Assembly: GCA_026770705.1 (NCBI GenBank) | Contig: JANJGN010000004.1 | Span: 128,092,001-128,156,000, forward strand | Direction: 5' to 3' | Source: Isurus oxyrinchus | Lineage: Eukaryota | Length of the DNA: 64,000 nucleotides | Part shown: piece after piece, positions 49,751 to 63,500 of the stretch | Numbering within the stretch: position 1 is the first letter of the stretch | Layout of the letters: each line of letters opens with the position of its first letter | The notes under the pieces: generated by a model | Databases searched by the model: none | The model's input: the letters and a program-made list of their open reading frames with translations, nothing else | What the model was told of the DNA's origin: nothing | Position numbers and translations under genes: made by a program

Positions 49751-51844
49751 ACCCATTTGTATCATACTCAAGCTAGAATGAATATTTTGTCACACCCGTT
49801 CCCTGGAATTCCATTCCGAAGCTGAGAAGTCTGCAAGTCCATTGTGAGCTAGTTTCTAGAATTTATTTAGATAATGGCAGCCATTAATCAACAAGATAGC
49901 TTTGTTGCATTTTAATGACTTGCCCAGACATGCAGGCTAGCTTCCAGGGCTTTGTATAGTTCCAGGTATATTGACAGAAAAAGAAAGGTCACCTGACCTC
50001 TGAACTCCATTTCACTGGAGTTTTAGAACTAAATTATCCATGTTTCATGTTGTTTTTAGGGTAAAATGTTCATTTCAAACAAATCCATGAGTCCATATTG
50101 TATGAGTATGACAATATGAAAGCTAAAATCCCTCATTAAAATGACTCTACCTTTTCAATTTGCATGTCTAATATTTGCATTTATACTATCTACCACTATA
50201 CAGCTGTTATCCAGGGTTTATGCAGAATTCACATTACACTTGAAGCAAATTTCTGGCTTTTGTACTCAATTCTTACCCCACTCTGTACATTCGCAGATGT
50301 ACTTATTTTATAGACTTTGCATATCCTTACATTCTATCCTCCGTTGGAGAATGGTGTTGTGTCAGAAAGATTTTGAAGGCTGATGAGCAACTTGCTTTAC
50401 ACAACAATCCTTCTGTAGCCAACAAGTCCTTAATTGGCACTTGAATCTAGGGCTTTTTGCTCAGAGGTAAGAGCATTACCAACTGAGCCATTCAGGCTCC
50501 CTATGACCCAGGCCTAAGTTACAAGATTGATTCAGCTCTCATCTCCTGCCAACTAAAGCCAGTGAGATAATGCAAAGTCAGTCTGGGGTCCTGTCTCCTT
50601 TCTGCTACATGAACAAGCATCTGAGTAGCATAATGTGAGGGCATTCATGTACTACCATCTTGATAGCCACATCACATGAGTGAATTCCTTTCATGGTTAA
50701 TACTGTGTACTGGCTGTGCATGACCACTTTAGCAGGAAAATAGACTCAATGGTAGGAATCAGATTCGTGAAGCTTCAAGAAGTCAGAAGTACAATTCTCT
50801 CTACTGTGGTCCACAGGCCTATCTGCAGCAATCGTAGCATCCAAGGCTGAAGCTAAGATTGTCCTTTGGGGTTCTAATATGGAGTCTGTACTGCAGATTG
50901 GCCTGGACTTGCTACATACTCCAGGATGCAAAGAGTCGCTACAAAATCATTTGTAATTTTTGTGCAGCCAATATTCTATTCTTATTATATAGTTTGCCCC
51001 TTCTGTCGCTACATTTTTTCTAATGTTCAAAGTTTGGTTCAGTTAGTAGCAGTTAACTTCTGGGTCAGATATTTGTGAGTTCTGTAGATCACGTACAATC
51101 CTGTAATAGAAGCTAACTTCAATAACAAGGAAATTGTCCACTTCTTGGCACAAAGTGGGAACCTTCCTTCTTCAGACATTATTTCATCAAAATGTTTTTT
51201 ATGGGAAACAGGAGAAAACTCATACCAGCCCAGAAAGTCAATTTTTTGATGAAATATTAAACTGAAGCAATATGTAGCCAACTGCTGCCCAACAGTACAT
51301 TCACTAGAACTGCTAGCCAGGAAGACTCTGTAAAAATGATCCTTTTTGGTAGGCTTACTGCTGGCTTGCAGGCTGCAGTGTGAGGCCCACATATCAGGAG
51401 CTGGAGTCACATGGGTGTTGTGCAACATAAAGGCAACTTTTGATTCAGAGGGGTTTTATAATGAAACTGTTGATGGAAGATAACATTGATTGTGATAAAT
51501 GCATTATATTTAATATAGCTCATGGAAATATATAAAAGCTATCTTTCACTATGCTTTTCTATATATATGAAAGCTTCAGGCAATTTGCTGAAGCTGCAGA
51601 CAGGCACTTTGATGTCTATTATTGGAAAGTAAATCAATCACTTGCCCCTCATGTGTTGCTGATGGAGTGGAAAAGCAGACAATCTTTAAGATGGCCTAGA
51701 ATACAGATCTGAATTAGGTTACTAATATACAGTACTAAAAACCTTGAATAACTGATATATTTTGTAGGAAAAGTTGATATTTCCACATCTCAGGGAAGTG
51801 ACTTCTTACACCAGGAGCAAAAAAAAAATGATTATACAAGTTGA

Positions 51845-54800
51845 TACCATATTTATTGTATTTAAGCCAAATTTTTGAGACCAATTTTTAGGCCAAAAGT
51901 CATGGAGTCGACTTTTACATGGCTGTTTTTGAGGGGTTGCTTTGGGCCAAAGTTAAATACAGAAAAGACTGTTGCAATGGAATGAAGTAAAACCCAACAA
52001 CACTAAAGAATTCATAATATCTAAAATTTAATCATTTTATAAAATTACGATCTATAACATTTCACATTGAAATCCTTTGTAATCACTTTGATCCTCAAAT
52101 AATTTGTTCCAATCGCCTTGGTTGCATAGCATCATTGTACAGATCCTCCTCATCTTCATCATCACTATCATTGAAAGTAACTTTGGCATCGGCATTCCAC
52201 AAATATTTGTCCTTGATACCGTTGAGGGCATTCAATGTTTCACATTTTAGAAATTATTTTTTGACAACATTGGGAATGAGTTATTCCCAGCGTATACGAC
52301 CCTTTGGCACAATGTTGCTAGTGTAGGTACTTGCCTCCCTTAGTGAATGTTTATTCGCCTTGCAACATCCAATTTTTCCACATTTTTCAGATACTGTCCT
52401 TTTTGGTTTATTTATCCTAACATACCAACATCCAAAACACTTGTAAACCTGCCGGAAATTACTGCCAGTGAGTGTAGGTCAATTTTACATCATGGACTAC
52501 ATGGTCGACAAGGTGGGATTTGAACATGCCCCAGATGATCAAACTTTTTTATTTGATCCATTGAATGTGGTGCATAAGCACGTGCAGAGTGAGGGCAGGG
52601 AAGCGGCCATGCATTGGGGAAACCTTATATAAAGTGACGATTCCTCTGTAGCTAAGGCAGTTCAGACATAGCCACACTGATATGCGTGGAGTTGGGCCTC
52701 TAACTTATTTGCCCACTCAAGCAACACAGAGGCATGAAAGTGCCACCAAGTGCTCCAGAGCTTTTCACCCCTCGGGCACAGACTGCAAACTAATGAGCAT
52801 TTTGGTGGACTGGCAAAGTTGGATGGCTGGGCAAGTTGCACAATCTCCTTGCTGGAGCTGGCCATGGTGGAGGTGCTCACAGCCCCTTGTAATGTCATCA
52901 TTCAGGTTTGAACCAGTTCCCCCATGGTTCAAGCCAACAGTGCAGCCTTTCAACGCGCATTAAGAGAATGCCAGCTGAGACCACAACATGCAGTCCCATG
53001 GGCACAATTTGAGGAGTGCAGCAGACATCCCTTCTTGATGTTCCCAAGTTTGCCTTTGCTGCTCCAGCAACTGTGACTTGACCGAGTCCAGAGGCTCGGA
53101 TTCAGCAGATTTCTCCACTCCAGCAACCTCCGAGTGCTGGACACCTGGGAAGTCTCTGCCGCCATCTGCTGGGATCAGAAAATACGATGTACTTGCCAGA
53201 TTGTGATCCTGAGGCTACTCTAAAGGTCGGTCCCACCGAGGTGTGTGTCTCTGCACTGGTGGAGGGTGTGGGTGAGCACTGTGATAGGTCTTCAATGAAG
53301 GTTCCTTCAGATTTCCCTTCAGAGGTTTCTTTGGGTCTTGATTGGAGGCCCTGGATTGTGGATTCCATCAGCTGTTTCCCAGATGTGCCTGTAAAAGCAA
53401 GGAGAGGTAATTAGTGCATGGCAGGGGACTGAGGAACAGGACACATCACTCACAACATGGTTGTGTGATGGATGTTGCATTGCAGGACCCTCACTTGGTA
53501 GAGCACCACCGACCTCACCATCAGCACAGGAACGGTCCAGATCCTCGCCGGCCAGCTGGATGGTTCTGTTTTCAAAGTCCATGAGGACCTTGATTTCAGG
53601 CATTCCTCCACCAGTCTGTGACCACCCCCTCTAGTTGTATGCCAGTTTTTCCTGCATGACTATAGATGGGGAGGATGCCTGCCAGGCCAGGTGATCAGCG
53701 TGCCTGGCACGTGTGGGTGTTGAGTAATCCCACGGATGGGACAAGGACAATGAAGGTGTGTTTGAGAGAATGAATGATGATGTCTCTTGAACTGGCAGTG
53801 AGTGAGGTTCCTGTGGATGTGTGATGGGTTTGTGAGTGTGAGTTGAGAGTGATGAGGTGGGTACCCTGGTGGAATGGAGGAGATCATTCATCCTTTTTTG
53901 GCACTGGGCAGCTGTGCTCTTTTGTAGGGCATTGGTGCTGACCACCGTTGCCACCGCTTGCCATGCTGGATACGTGGTGGTGCTGCCCATCCTGCAGCTG
54001 GAGCACGGATGAGCACATCACATCATCTCGGACCTCCACTGTATCCAAACATTGCTCAAGGGACAATATCAGTAAACTTGAGTCTGCAGCCTTCTAGCCT
54101 TTTAGAGCCATGTCCTCTTTGCAGCAGCCATGGGCTGGAAGCACTGAAATGTGTGCACGCGGCTGCACTTTAAATATGGCGCCCAGCATGATGAAGCAGC
54201 CAGCTGATGGCGTGGTGGGCAAATGCAAGCCCTTCCAGCATTGAAATAGCGTGTTTCGCAGGAATGCATAAGTGATGAGCTGGGATTGTGACAATACAGC
54301 ATGGAAAGCCGCCATGTGGCCATCTGGGAAAATGCCCCTTATCCCGCGCACTACAGTGCAAATCTGGGACAACTCCCCCATTTATCATTGAATTCAGATG
54401 GCAGATGCTGTGAAATGTTTTTTTCTGACAGGATACCAAATTGTGCCTTTTTATGAATCTTGTACACCACCTGGCATTGGCTTTGAACTCTGGAGTACCA
54501 TCTTTCTTCGTTTCTCTGAATGTGTGAGTTGGATGGCTCCGTAAGTGGTAATATGACAATTTTGCCAATGCTCTTTAAACACATTCCCACTATTCTCTCC
54601 TGGCAAGGCCACTTGCTCCGTCTTCTCCTGTTGACGCATTTGTCCTTCAGCATCTTTTCCAGTTTATTCGACATATTTGTCCAGTCTCTAATTATTTTCT
54701 TGGAAACGTTAAACTCTCTTGCTGCTGCACAATTATTTGTCTTCTTGGTGAATATTACAATTTGCAGTTTTAATTAAGTTGCATACTTATTATTCTTTCT

Positions 54801-55235
54801 GAAAGGAATTGTGATAGATCATATGGTATACAATAATCTTGACGATTGGCTGGGAGATTGTTACTAGAGTTGGGGAGATAAAATCTAAAGGTTCCTGCAC
54901 CTGCCTTTAAATTAATGAACAGTAGTAATTAACGGCAAGTATTTAATAATCACACCATAGTTTTCTTTCATAATCTAATCATTTTAATAATTTGAATAAA
55001 TAAAAACAAAACTTAAAGGTATAGGTATTTTAAGCATTTATTTATCGGTATTTATTTTCATTGGTATTTATAAATTTATAATAAAATCAAATAATTAAAA
55101 CTCCAGGATTATACTTTAGTTCTGAAATTTTTGGGCTTTGATCCTTGAAAAGCAAAGGTTGGCTCTTACATGAAGTATATGAAACATTACGACTTTTAGG
55201 CCAAAAATCATGGGGTTGACTTTTACATGACGGTA
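51845..55235 (-). mobile_element. pogo-superfamily DNA transposon (POGK/Passer-like: Brinker-type DBD, CENP-B HTH, DDE remnant), interrupted by a Harbinger
   Basis: Ends TA-CCAT... / ...ACGG-TA. N-terminus KYATKLKLQIV..TNNCAAAREFNVSRKIIRDW, EFKANARWCTRFIKRHNL; C-terminus FLKCETLNALNGIKDKYLW plus an acidic tail. Subterminal repeat ttttaggccaaaa..catgg.gt.gacttttacatg near both ends. Confidence 0.85.
52565..54379 (-). mobile_element. Harbinger derivative carrying the spliced Myb/SANT-like gene, same family as 58782-62088
   Basis: PAWQAVATVVSTNALQKSTAAQCQKRMNDL, QEKLAYN, EIKVLMDFENRTIQLAGED. Collinear with 58930-60200. Confidence 0.85.
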
Positions 55236-55399
55236 TATCAAATCGGGGAGACCATGAGATAGAGTTCTAAACTCTACTGTCCCTTTTAATGCTGAACCTT
55301 GCTAGAACTTTGAACTGGCTTAAGTTTTTTTATTTCTGTTTATTAAGTTTTGACAACAATCCTAATGAGTAACAGTACAAAAATAGCTTACAATACAGC

Positions 55400-57522
55400 T
55401 ATAATTTAATACACTTACATTTAGAAGAGAGAGAGAAAGAAGAGGGAAAGGAAAAGAGAAGTCAGAAAAAGAAGGATAAAAAGGAAATTAAAAAAAACAC
55501 CCCAGCCCTAAAAGAAAAAGAAAATCAGCAACAAATCAGCAACAATCATAGGTCAGATATAGTTTCACCTTATATAATACAGACAACCTAATTGGTGTCA
55601 GTTATATGAAAGCAGAGAATTGTAATTCCTCAAAATAATTCAAGAAAGGTTGCCAAGCTACATAAAATCCATCAGTGGAGCTTCTTGTACTTTATTTTCT
55701 CAAGTTTAAGCTTCTGCATAAGATCACAGATCCAGTTAGTAAAAGAAGGCGGGGCTGATTGTTTCCAATTTAATAGAATAACGCGTCTAGCCAATAATGT
55801 TGAAAAAGCGAGTGCATCAATCTGAATTTTTGTGAGCGGGATGCCATTTGGTTCCACTCCAAAGAGTGCTGTAATAGGAGAAGGTTCAATTTTGTTACTA
55901 AAAATGTGAGAGTGATCTAAAATGTTTTGTCCAAAACAAAGCCAATTTAGGACACGACCAGGACATAAGAATTAGAGACGCTGGGGCAGTATGACCTTTC
56001 TCACAGTTTGGATCAAATTTTGTATAAACCTTAGATAATTTCACTTTGGGTAGATGGATACGGTATAAAATTTTAAATTGTAGCAACCCATGTCTTGCAC
56101 ATACAGATGAGAAATGTACATGAGAGAGAATAGACTTCCAGTTATCTTCTGATAAGTCTGAGTCAAAATCTTGCTCCCGAAGAGTTTTTAAGATAGAAAG
56201 TGAAGGGCAGTGTAGTGAAAAAATTAGAGAATACAATTTGGAAATGAACCCCCTAACAAAAGAATTTAGCTTTAATATAATATCTATCAGTGATTTAGGG
56301 GGCAATAAGGAAAACTAAGTGATTGTTTTTCACGCAAAATCTCTGATTTATAAGTAGCGAAAGAAGTGTGTGTTGGGCAGATCATATTACTGAGATAGAG
56401 AGTAAAAAGAAGCAAAAATATTATCAATGTATAAGTTAGCAAGGCTTTTGACGCTTCTCACGTGCCAGACTCGAAAGGCAGAATCTCCTAATGAAGTTAG
56501 AAATAAATGCTTTGCATCAGTAGGGCTGCATAAAGAGAGGGATTGTTGCCCAAAGTGTGTTCTGAACTAGGTCCAAATCTTAAGTGACTGTCCAACAATA
56601 GGGTTTGAAGAAAAGTGACCAGTTGAGAAAGAAATGGAGGAGCACAACAGAGCTGGCAGAGATGTGGGTTGACAGGCGGCTCCCTCCAATTGCACCCACG
56701 CTAAACTAGCCAAGTCCGAATGAAGCCAAAAAGAAGTATTATGGATATTAGCAGACCAGTAATAAAACTGAAAATTTGGCAGTGACAAATCACCTAAATG
56801 CTTGGGTCTTTGCAGAAAAACATTATGAATTCTGGGTGTTTTCTTATTCAAAATAAACAAAGAAATTAATTGGTCTATTGCAACAAAAAATGCTTCAGGA
56901 GAAACAACGGAGTGCACTGAAATAAGTGTAGTAATTTTGGCAAAATATTTATCTTTACAGAATTTATATAACCAACTAAAGAAAGGGGTAAGCTAAACCA
57001 CTGTATCAAGTCCTGCTTTGTACATTCCAACAGAAGGTCAAAGTTGAGCTTAAAAAGATCTCCAAGGGATCAAGTAATTAAAATTCCTAAATATTTAGAA
57101 CTGTTTTCTGAGACCTTGAAGGGGAGGGAAGAAAGAAGGTAACTCTTTGCAATAGAGTTAATAGGAAAAATTTCACTCTTTTGCAAATTAATTTTAAAAC
57201 CTGAAATATGACCAAATCGCTCAAGAGTAGAGAAAATATATGGGAGGGATGAGGCCTGATCAGAGATGTAAAGAACCAAGTCATCAGCATATAGGTATAG
57301 TTTCTGCTTGATTCCACACCATATAACACCCTGTATATCTCCACAGGACCACAGTGAAATCGCCAGGGGCTCAATAACAATAGTGAGAAGTAGTGGGGGA
57401 CAGGTGACAGCCCTGTTTGGTACCTCGATGGCAGTCAAAGACTTTAGAGTGGATGTTATCTGTACATACTGAAGTAACTGGTGAGGAATACAATAGTTTT
57501 ATCCATTTTATAAAATTGGATC
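55400..57522 (-). mobile_element. L1-clade LINE, ORF2 RT and C-terminal region (disrupted)
   Basis: FIKWIKLLYSSP, RGTKQGC.LSP, LYLYADDLVLYI, FGHISGFKINLQKSEI, KYLGI, LSLPNFQFYYW, LLQFKILYRIH...C......L..M.WSCPKL. Confidence 0.9.
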
Positions 57523-60500
57523 TGTTGGATCTAGTGCCCTTGATTTGTTGGGGCTAAAGGATCCAGGTTGCATGCTTTGTTCGGGGTGACCGAGTCGGTA
57601 CAGAGACAGGGAACATCAGGAGGTCCTTGTTAGAATAAACACCTGCTGTTTATTTACAAACTAAATTCTACACCTATACTTGTGTGCTCACACATAAAAC
57701 TCGCTGTTTTCACTAACTCAAGACTCTCTCACATCGAGGTAGCCCGCACTACTCTGCTATTGGAGATTAAGATCATGTGACCTTATATTACAATACTTGT
57801 CTTAAAGATGTATTACAAATCAAGTTACTACATCCCTCCCCCTTTACTGAAAAATGCATTTTACACTTTTTCAATATATCAAGTTATTTACACAGTTCAA
57901 TTATTTATAAAGTCAGTCTCGCTGGGAATTTCCTTATGCGTTAGAACATCTCAGGTCTACAGCTTCTGAAGTTTGCCTTGGAGTCTCCCTTACTGAAGTC
58001 ATCTGGGCATCAGGTTCCTGTTTCTTCAACTCTTTCAGGTACAGTCAGCCCTTCAAATACATTTGTACTTTGGTGAGTTTTTCAACAGGAACTGTTGATT
58101 CATTCTCAAACACTTGTGGAATCACCTCTGGATATTTGGTTTCTCCACTTCATATGTGATCCACATGTCTTCTTATTATTCGACCTTCAACTTTCGCATG
58201 GTAGGAATGAGGTCCTATTAAGCACTTATTTCACTGAAACAGCCACGCTGGTTCTTCTCTAAAATTTTTCACAAGCACCTTCTCTCCTACGTTAAATGTT
58301 CTGTCCTGATTGTGAAAATCCTGTCCCATTTTCTGATTTTCCTGCCTCCTTTCTACCATCACCCTGCCAAGTTTGGCATAATTAGGCTCAGCCTCAATCG
58401 GAGACAGCGCGTCATTAACAGTTCAGCAGGTGTGACACTTGTTGTCGAATGAGGGGTGATACAATAATGGAAGGGAAAATGTGCTAACTTAGTTGCTAGT
58501 GAATCTCCAGACAATTTCTTCATACCAGATTTGAACGTCTGAACTGCTCTTTTGGAAGTCCATTTGAAGAAGGGTGGCATGGAGATGTTTCCATTGAGCC
58601 TTGTAAATTGGTTAAATTCAGCACTTGTGAATACTGTTCCATTATTTGACGCCAGCACTTCAGGTAATCCATTTATAGCGAAGCTTTGTCGTAACTTGCT
58701 ACTGTCGCTGAAGATATGGGTGACCTTTCTTCGTATATACCCATCCATTTTGAATGAATGTATATGATAAGAAGAAACATTTGGCGGAATTTTCCCAGAA
58801 TTGTACTAAGTCCAGTAGCAGGTGGGTAATATGGAGTCCTACCCGCCAACAAAAGTGACAGGTTTTCATGAAGTATCATCCTGAGCCCACCTCATTAGTT
58901 ATTCACTCCCGCAAAACACACCACTTCCATGGCGGGCGGGCCCTCATTTGCCCGCTTGCCATCACCCCGCTGTCAGCCGCCATCTTTAAAAGGCAGCCAC
59001 CAGCTCACCACCGCTGCCAGGGAGACATGGCCAACAAAGGCAAAAAGACTGCAGCTCCCCACTTCAATGACGGATCCATTGAGTGCTGTGGAGGCTCACC
59101 GGGATGTGCTCTATCCCCGCTTTGGCCACAGGATGGGTAGCAAAGTCACCAAACCATCTTGGGAGGCAGTGGGCAGCGGTGGTCAGTACAAATGCCCTGT
59201 AGAGGAGGACAGCCACCCAGTTCCGCAAAAGGATGAATGATCTCTTCCATTCCGCTAGGGTAAGTCACTCTTTTTATCACTGCCAACTCACACACTCACA
59301 AACCCATCACACACCTACAGGGCCCTCATTCACTGCAATGCAAGTGACATCACCACTCACTCTCTCACACTCACCGTCATTGTCCTCATCCCATCCATGG
59401 GACATTCACAACCCCACAGGCCAGACATACTTATCATCTGGCCCAGCAGGCGTCCTGATACACTCTCCCCATATCTATCCATGCAGGACAAACTGGCTCA
59501 CAACAGGAAGGAGAGGTCGCAGACAGGTGGAGGGATGCTAGAGATCAAAGTTCTGACAGAGTTCGAAAACAGAGCCATCCAGCTGGCCGGTGATGACCGG
59601 GACCTGTCCTGTGCTGACGGTGATGTCGGCGCTGCTCTACCAAGTGAGGGTCCAACAGTGTACCATCCATCAGACAACCATGCCATGAGTGACATGTCCT
59701 CTTTCACAGGCCACTGCCACGCACTAATTATCTCTCCTTGCTTTCGCAGGCACATCTGCCAAACAGCCGACAGAGTCCATGACCCAGAGCCTCCAATCAA
59801 GCCCCGAAGAAACCTCTGAAGAGGAATCTGGGGTCACCCTCCCTGAAGTCCCATCACACCCTTCACCAGCGCAGAGACACACACCCTGGTGGGACCTAGC
59901 TTTAGAATAGCCTCAGGATCACAATCTGATGAGCACATTGCACTTCCTGATCCACAGCAGGCAGAGGCAGGGACTTCCCAAGTCCTCCGCACTTGGAGGG
60001 CTGCTGGAGGCCAGAACATTGCTGGGTTCAAGTCAGGTGACGAACCTCTGGACTTGGTCATGTCTCAGTTGCTGGAGCTGCAAAGGCAAGCTCGGGAACA
60101 TCAGGAAGGCATGTCTGCTGCACTCCTCAGATTCCAAGGCACAATGGAGGAGTCCCTCTGTCTTCAGGCTTAAGTGATAGTGCTGGCATTGCAACGCATC
60201 AAGGTCAACAATGGTAGGATGTCGTCCACCATGGAAACCTTGGTCTAGGACATCACACCTGCACTGCTGCGCGGGCTTAACTCCATTGCTGATGCCATAG
60301 TTGGTCTCCAACATTGTGTACATGAGAGGGGTGTTGGGCAGCTCGATCTCACTCCAGCTACCCCTTCCATTCATGGAGTCAGCCAGGGGTCTTCGGGCAC
60401 CCAAGGGGAGAAAGATCAGCAGGTACACAATCCAGGGCCAACCGCCCAAGTGACTCTGGGAGTGACCAGCCCATCCGAATCCCCTCTTCCTGTGACCTCT

Positions 60501-63500
60501 GCAGCACCAGCTTCACAGTCCAAGGAGGGTGCCGCGGCCACACCGCAGGACCCCAAAAGCAGGCCGGGGCCCTCCAAGTCTCAGCCCTCCAGAGGACACC
60601 TGCCAAAGTCATCACAGGCAGGGTGTCACAGTCAGCAGGCTGCCTCCACCTCCGCTGTGGATGTCCGGGGAGCACCAAGATGTAACGGCAGGTTAGGTAA
60701 GTTAGGTAAAAGTAGCTGCACAGCCTGGCCATGGGTGTTAATTACTTGAACATACTGTTCACTATTGTCAATCAACTCCTAAGAATGTTTCCCTGCCTGT
60801 GGCTCCTGGTTCTGATGAGCAGTGTTCTTGATGTGAAACCTTCCTGCACAAGGTAAAAGGCAGGCGTTTCAGTCCAGGGCCTCTTCCTGTGCTCTGTGCA
60901 GCCTTCAGGCCATAGTGATGGTCCAGCCTTGCACTTTTTGGAAACATTACTGACATCTGCACCTCGGCAGTGCTGGTCATTGCTGCCAGAATGTAGTGGG
61001 CAGGCACCACAGAGTTCTCTCATACTCTCTGTGTGCTCTCAGCATCTTTAAGGTGGGGCTGGCCCCCATCACACCTGTATCTGTGACCAGTGATGCTGTG
61101 CACCAGCTCCTGAAGGTGGACACAGCATCAGATGTGTCTAAAGTTTCATGGCTGCGATTCTGAGGTGGCCTCGATCATGGAACGCAAGCAAGTGCCCTCG
61201 GCCAGACATGAGTCAGATATTCTCAGAGGCTATGTGAAGATCTATGGAATGTCCTCAGTGTATGTTGTCATCATTCTCCTGCGATGGAGAGACTTTTAGG
61301 GTCTCCACTGCATCTCCATGACAGGAGCATTCTCACAGTGGGTATTGGCACTGCTATAAGCCAGACTGGAGTCAAACCAGGATACTGAGACTGCAAGGGG
61401 CTGTGAGTGCATTCAGCAGTGACTGCTACATGGCCAGCATTGGTGAGGAGATTGTACAACTTGTGCAGTCCAGATGCTCCACAGTCCAATAAAATGGCGG
61501 ACTCGAAGTCTGTGCGGGGGGCAGTTTGGGGTGGTGGGAGGGGGCTTGGGTATGGATCGCTTGGTGGCTCTGCATTGCTTGCATGGGTGGGCAGGCTAGG
61601 AGCCCAACCCCTGTCATATCAATGTGGCTGCACCTGATCTGTCTCAGTTGAAGAGCCATGGTCAGTTTATATAGGTGTCCCTAGTGTGTGGCCACTTTTC
61701 TTGGTTACCCTGCTCCCCACCTTGATTGTTGGTGCATGGGATGCAGCGCCAGAGCAGCACTTGACTCCCCCCCCAACCACTAACAATGGTCGCCTCCGAG
61801 GCTGGCCAGCACTTGCCCCCAGACATCCCCCCACCTACAGCTGTTGCTGCTGATGTGGACAGATGATATGGCTGGGTTCTAAGAGCCTGGTTGGTTGGCC
61901 TTTTTATTATATGTTAATGCATTACAATTAGCTCTCCACCGACTGATGGCAGGAAATGCAGCCCGCCATCAGTGGGCTGAGCAGATGATCTCAACCTGCT
62001 TTCACGCTGTCATGAAGCAGGTCGCGCCATATTTTCCGCGCACACCACCTATCACACCCGCCGCCAGTGGGCTCAGAAAATTCCACCCATTGTTCCCATA
62101 AAGGTCCCAGATAGTCGATGTGCACTCATACCCATGGCCTTCATGGCCATTCCCAAGGGTTCAATGGGGCTGTTGCAGATCATTTTTGCATTTTTTGACA
62201 CAGCATACAACTTCTCACTAAGTTTTCTATTTCTCTATCCATTCCCAGCCACCACAGCTACGTACTATTTCTTTCATTTTGGAAATTCCAGGATGTGCAC
62301 TGTGAAGTTCAGATAACAATGGCTTTCATCCTTTTGGAGGAACAATCATGCGAGCTCCCCAAAGTAAAATACCTTCTTGGCTGATTATCTCGTATCTTTG
62401 CTAGAAATATGGTTTCATTTCATTGGATTCTTGTGAAAAGAACTTAATTTCTCACTTTGGATAAGACTGGCTCTTGTTTCGTCCAATCTTCTGGTCTGTT
62501 ATGATAATAAAATGATGGCTTTGGGCATATTGATGAAACCTTTTAACACCAAAAATGATCACCAGGCCTTCTTTTTCAGTTTGAGAGTACTTTTTCTCTG
62601 CAGTGCTAAGTACTCTCCACATATAACCTAAAGATTGTTCTGATCCATCATCCATTCTGTGGGAAAGCACTGCTCCCAATCCATAAGGTGATGCATCACA
62701 CATTAATATCAACTCTTTCTTTGGGCAAAATGTACTAGAAGTGTAGATGACTGTAACAACATTTTCACTTTTGTGAAAGCTTCTTCTTGTGTTGTTTGCC
62801 ATGACCATCTCTGGTTTATCTTGAGCAAACAATACAATGCCGCCAGTACTATTGATAAATTAGGCAAGAATTGTCCAAAGTGTAGTCATCCCCAAGAATG
62901 ATTTCCATTCAGGTGTATTCTTTGGTCCTGGGGCTTCTTTAATGGCTTTCATTTTTTCTTCAATTGGATGTAGGCTTTGTGAATCTACCTTGTGACCTAG
63001 TTATGTTATGTCTTTTGCCTGGAATATGCATCTTCCCTTTCTCATTCTCACTCCAACTTGTGAAAAACGTTCCAGAACTTATTCTAAGTTCATCAAATTT
63101 TCCTTTCCTGTGAGCTCATTCATGAGAATGTCATCCAAATAAACTACAACACGGGGAAATCCTTGTAATAAAGTTTCAATGGTTCTTTGAAATATGGCAC
63201 AAGCAGAAGATATGCCAAATGGTAAACAGATGTATTCATACAAACCCTTACATGTCTTAATGGTGACAAACTTTCAGGATGCCTGCTTGAATTCCAATTG
63301 CTGGTAGGCATGACTCAAATCTAACTTTGTGTAAAGCTTTCCACCTGCCAGTTTAGTGTATAAATCTTCAATTTTAGGTATGGGGTGTCCATCCAATTTT
63401 GCAATTTTATTGACTGTTAACTTGTAGTCCCTACATACTCTAATGCTTCGGTCAGGTTTGAGAACAGGTACAATTAGAATTGCCCACTCTGAAAATCATA

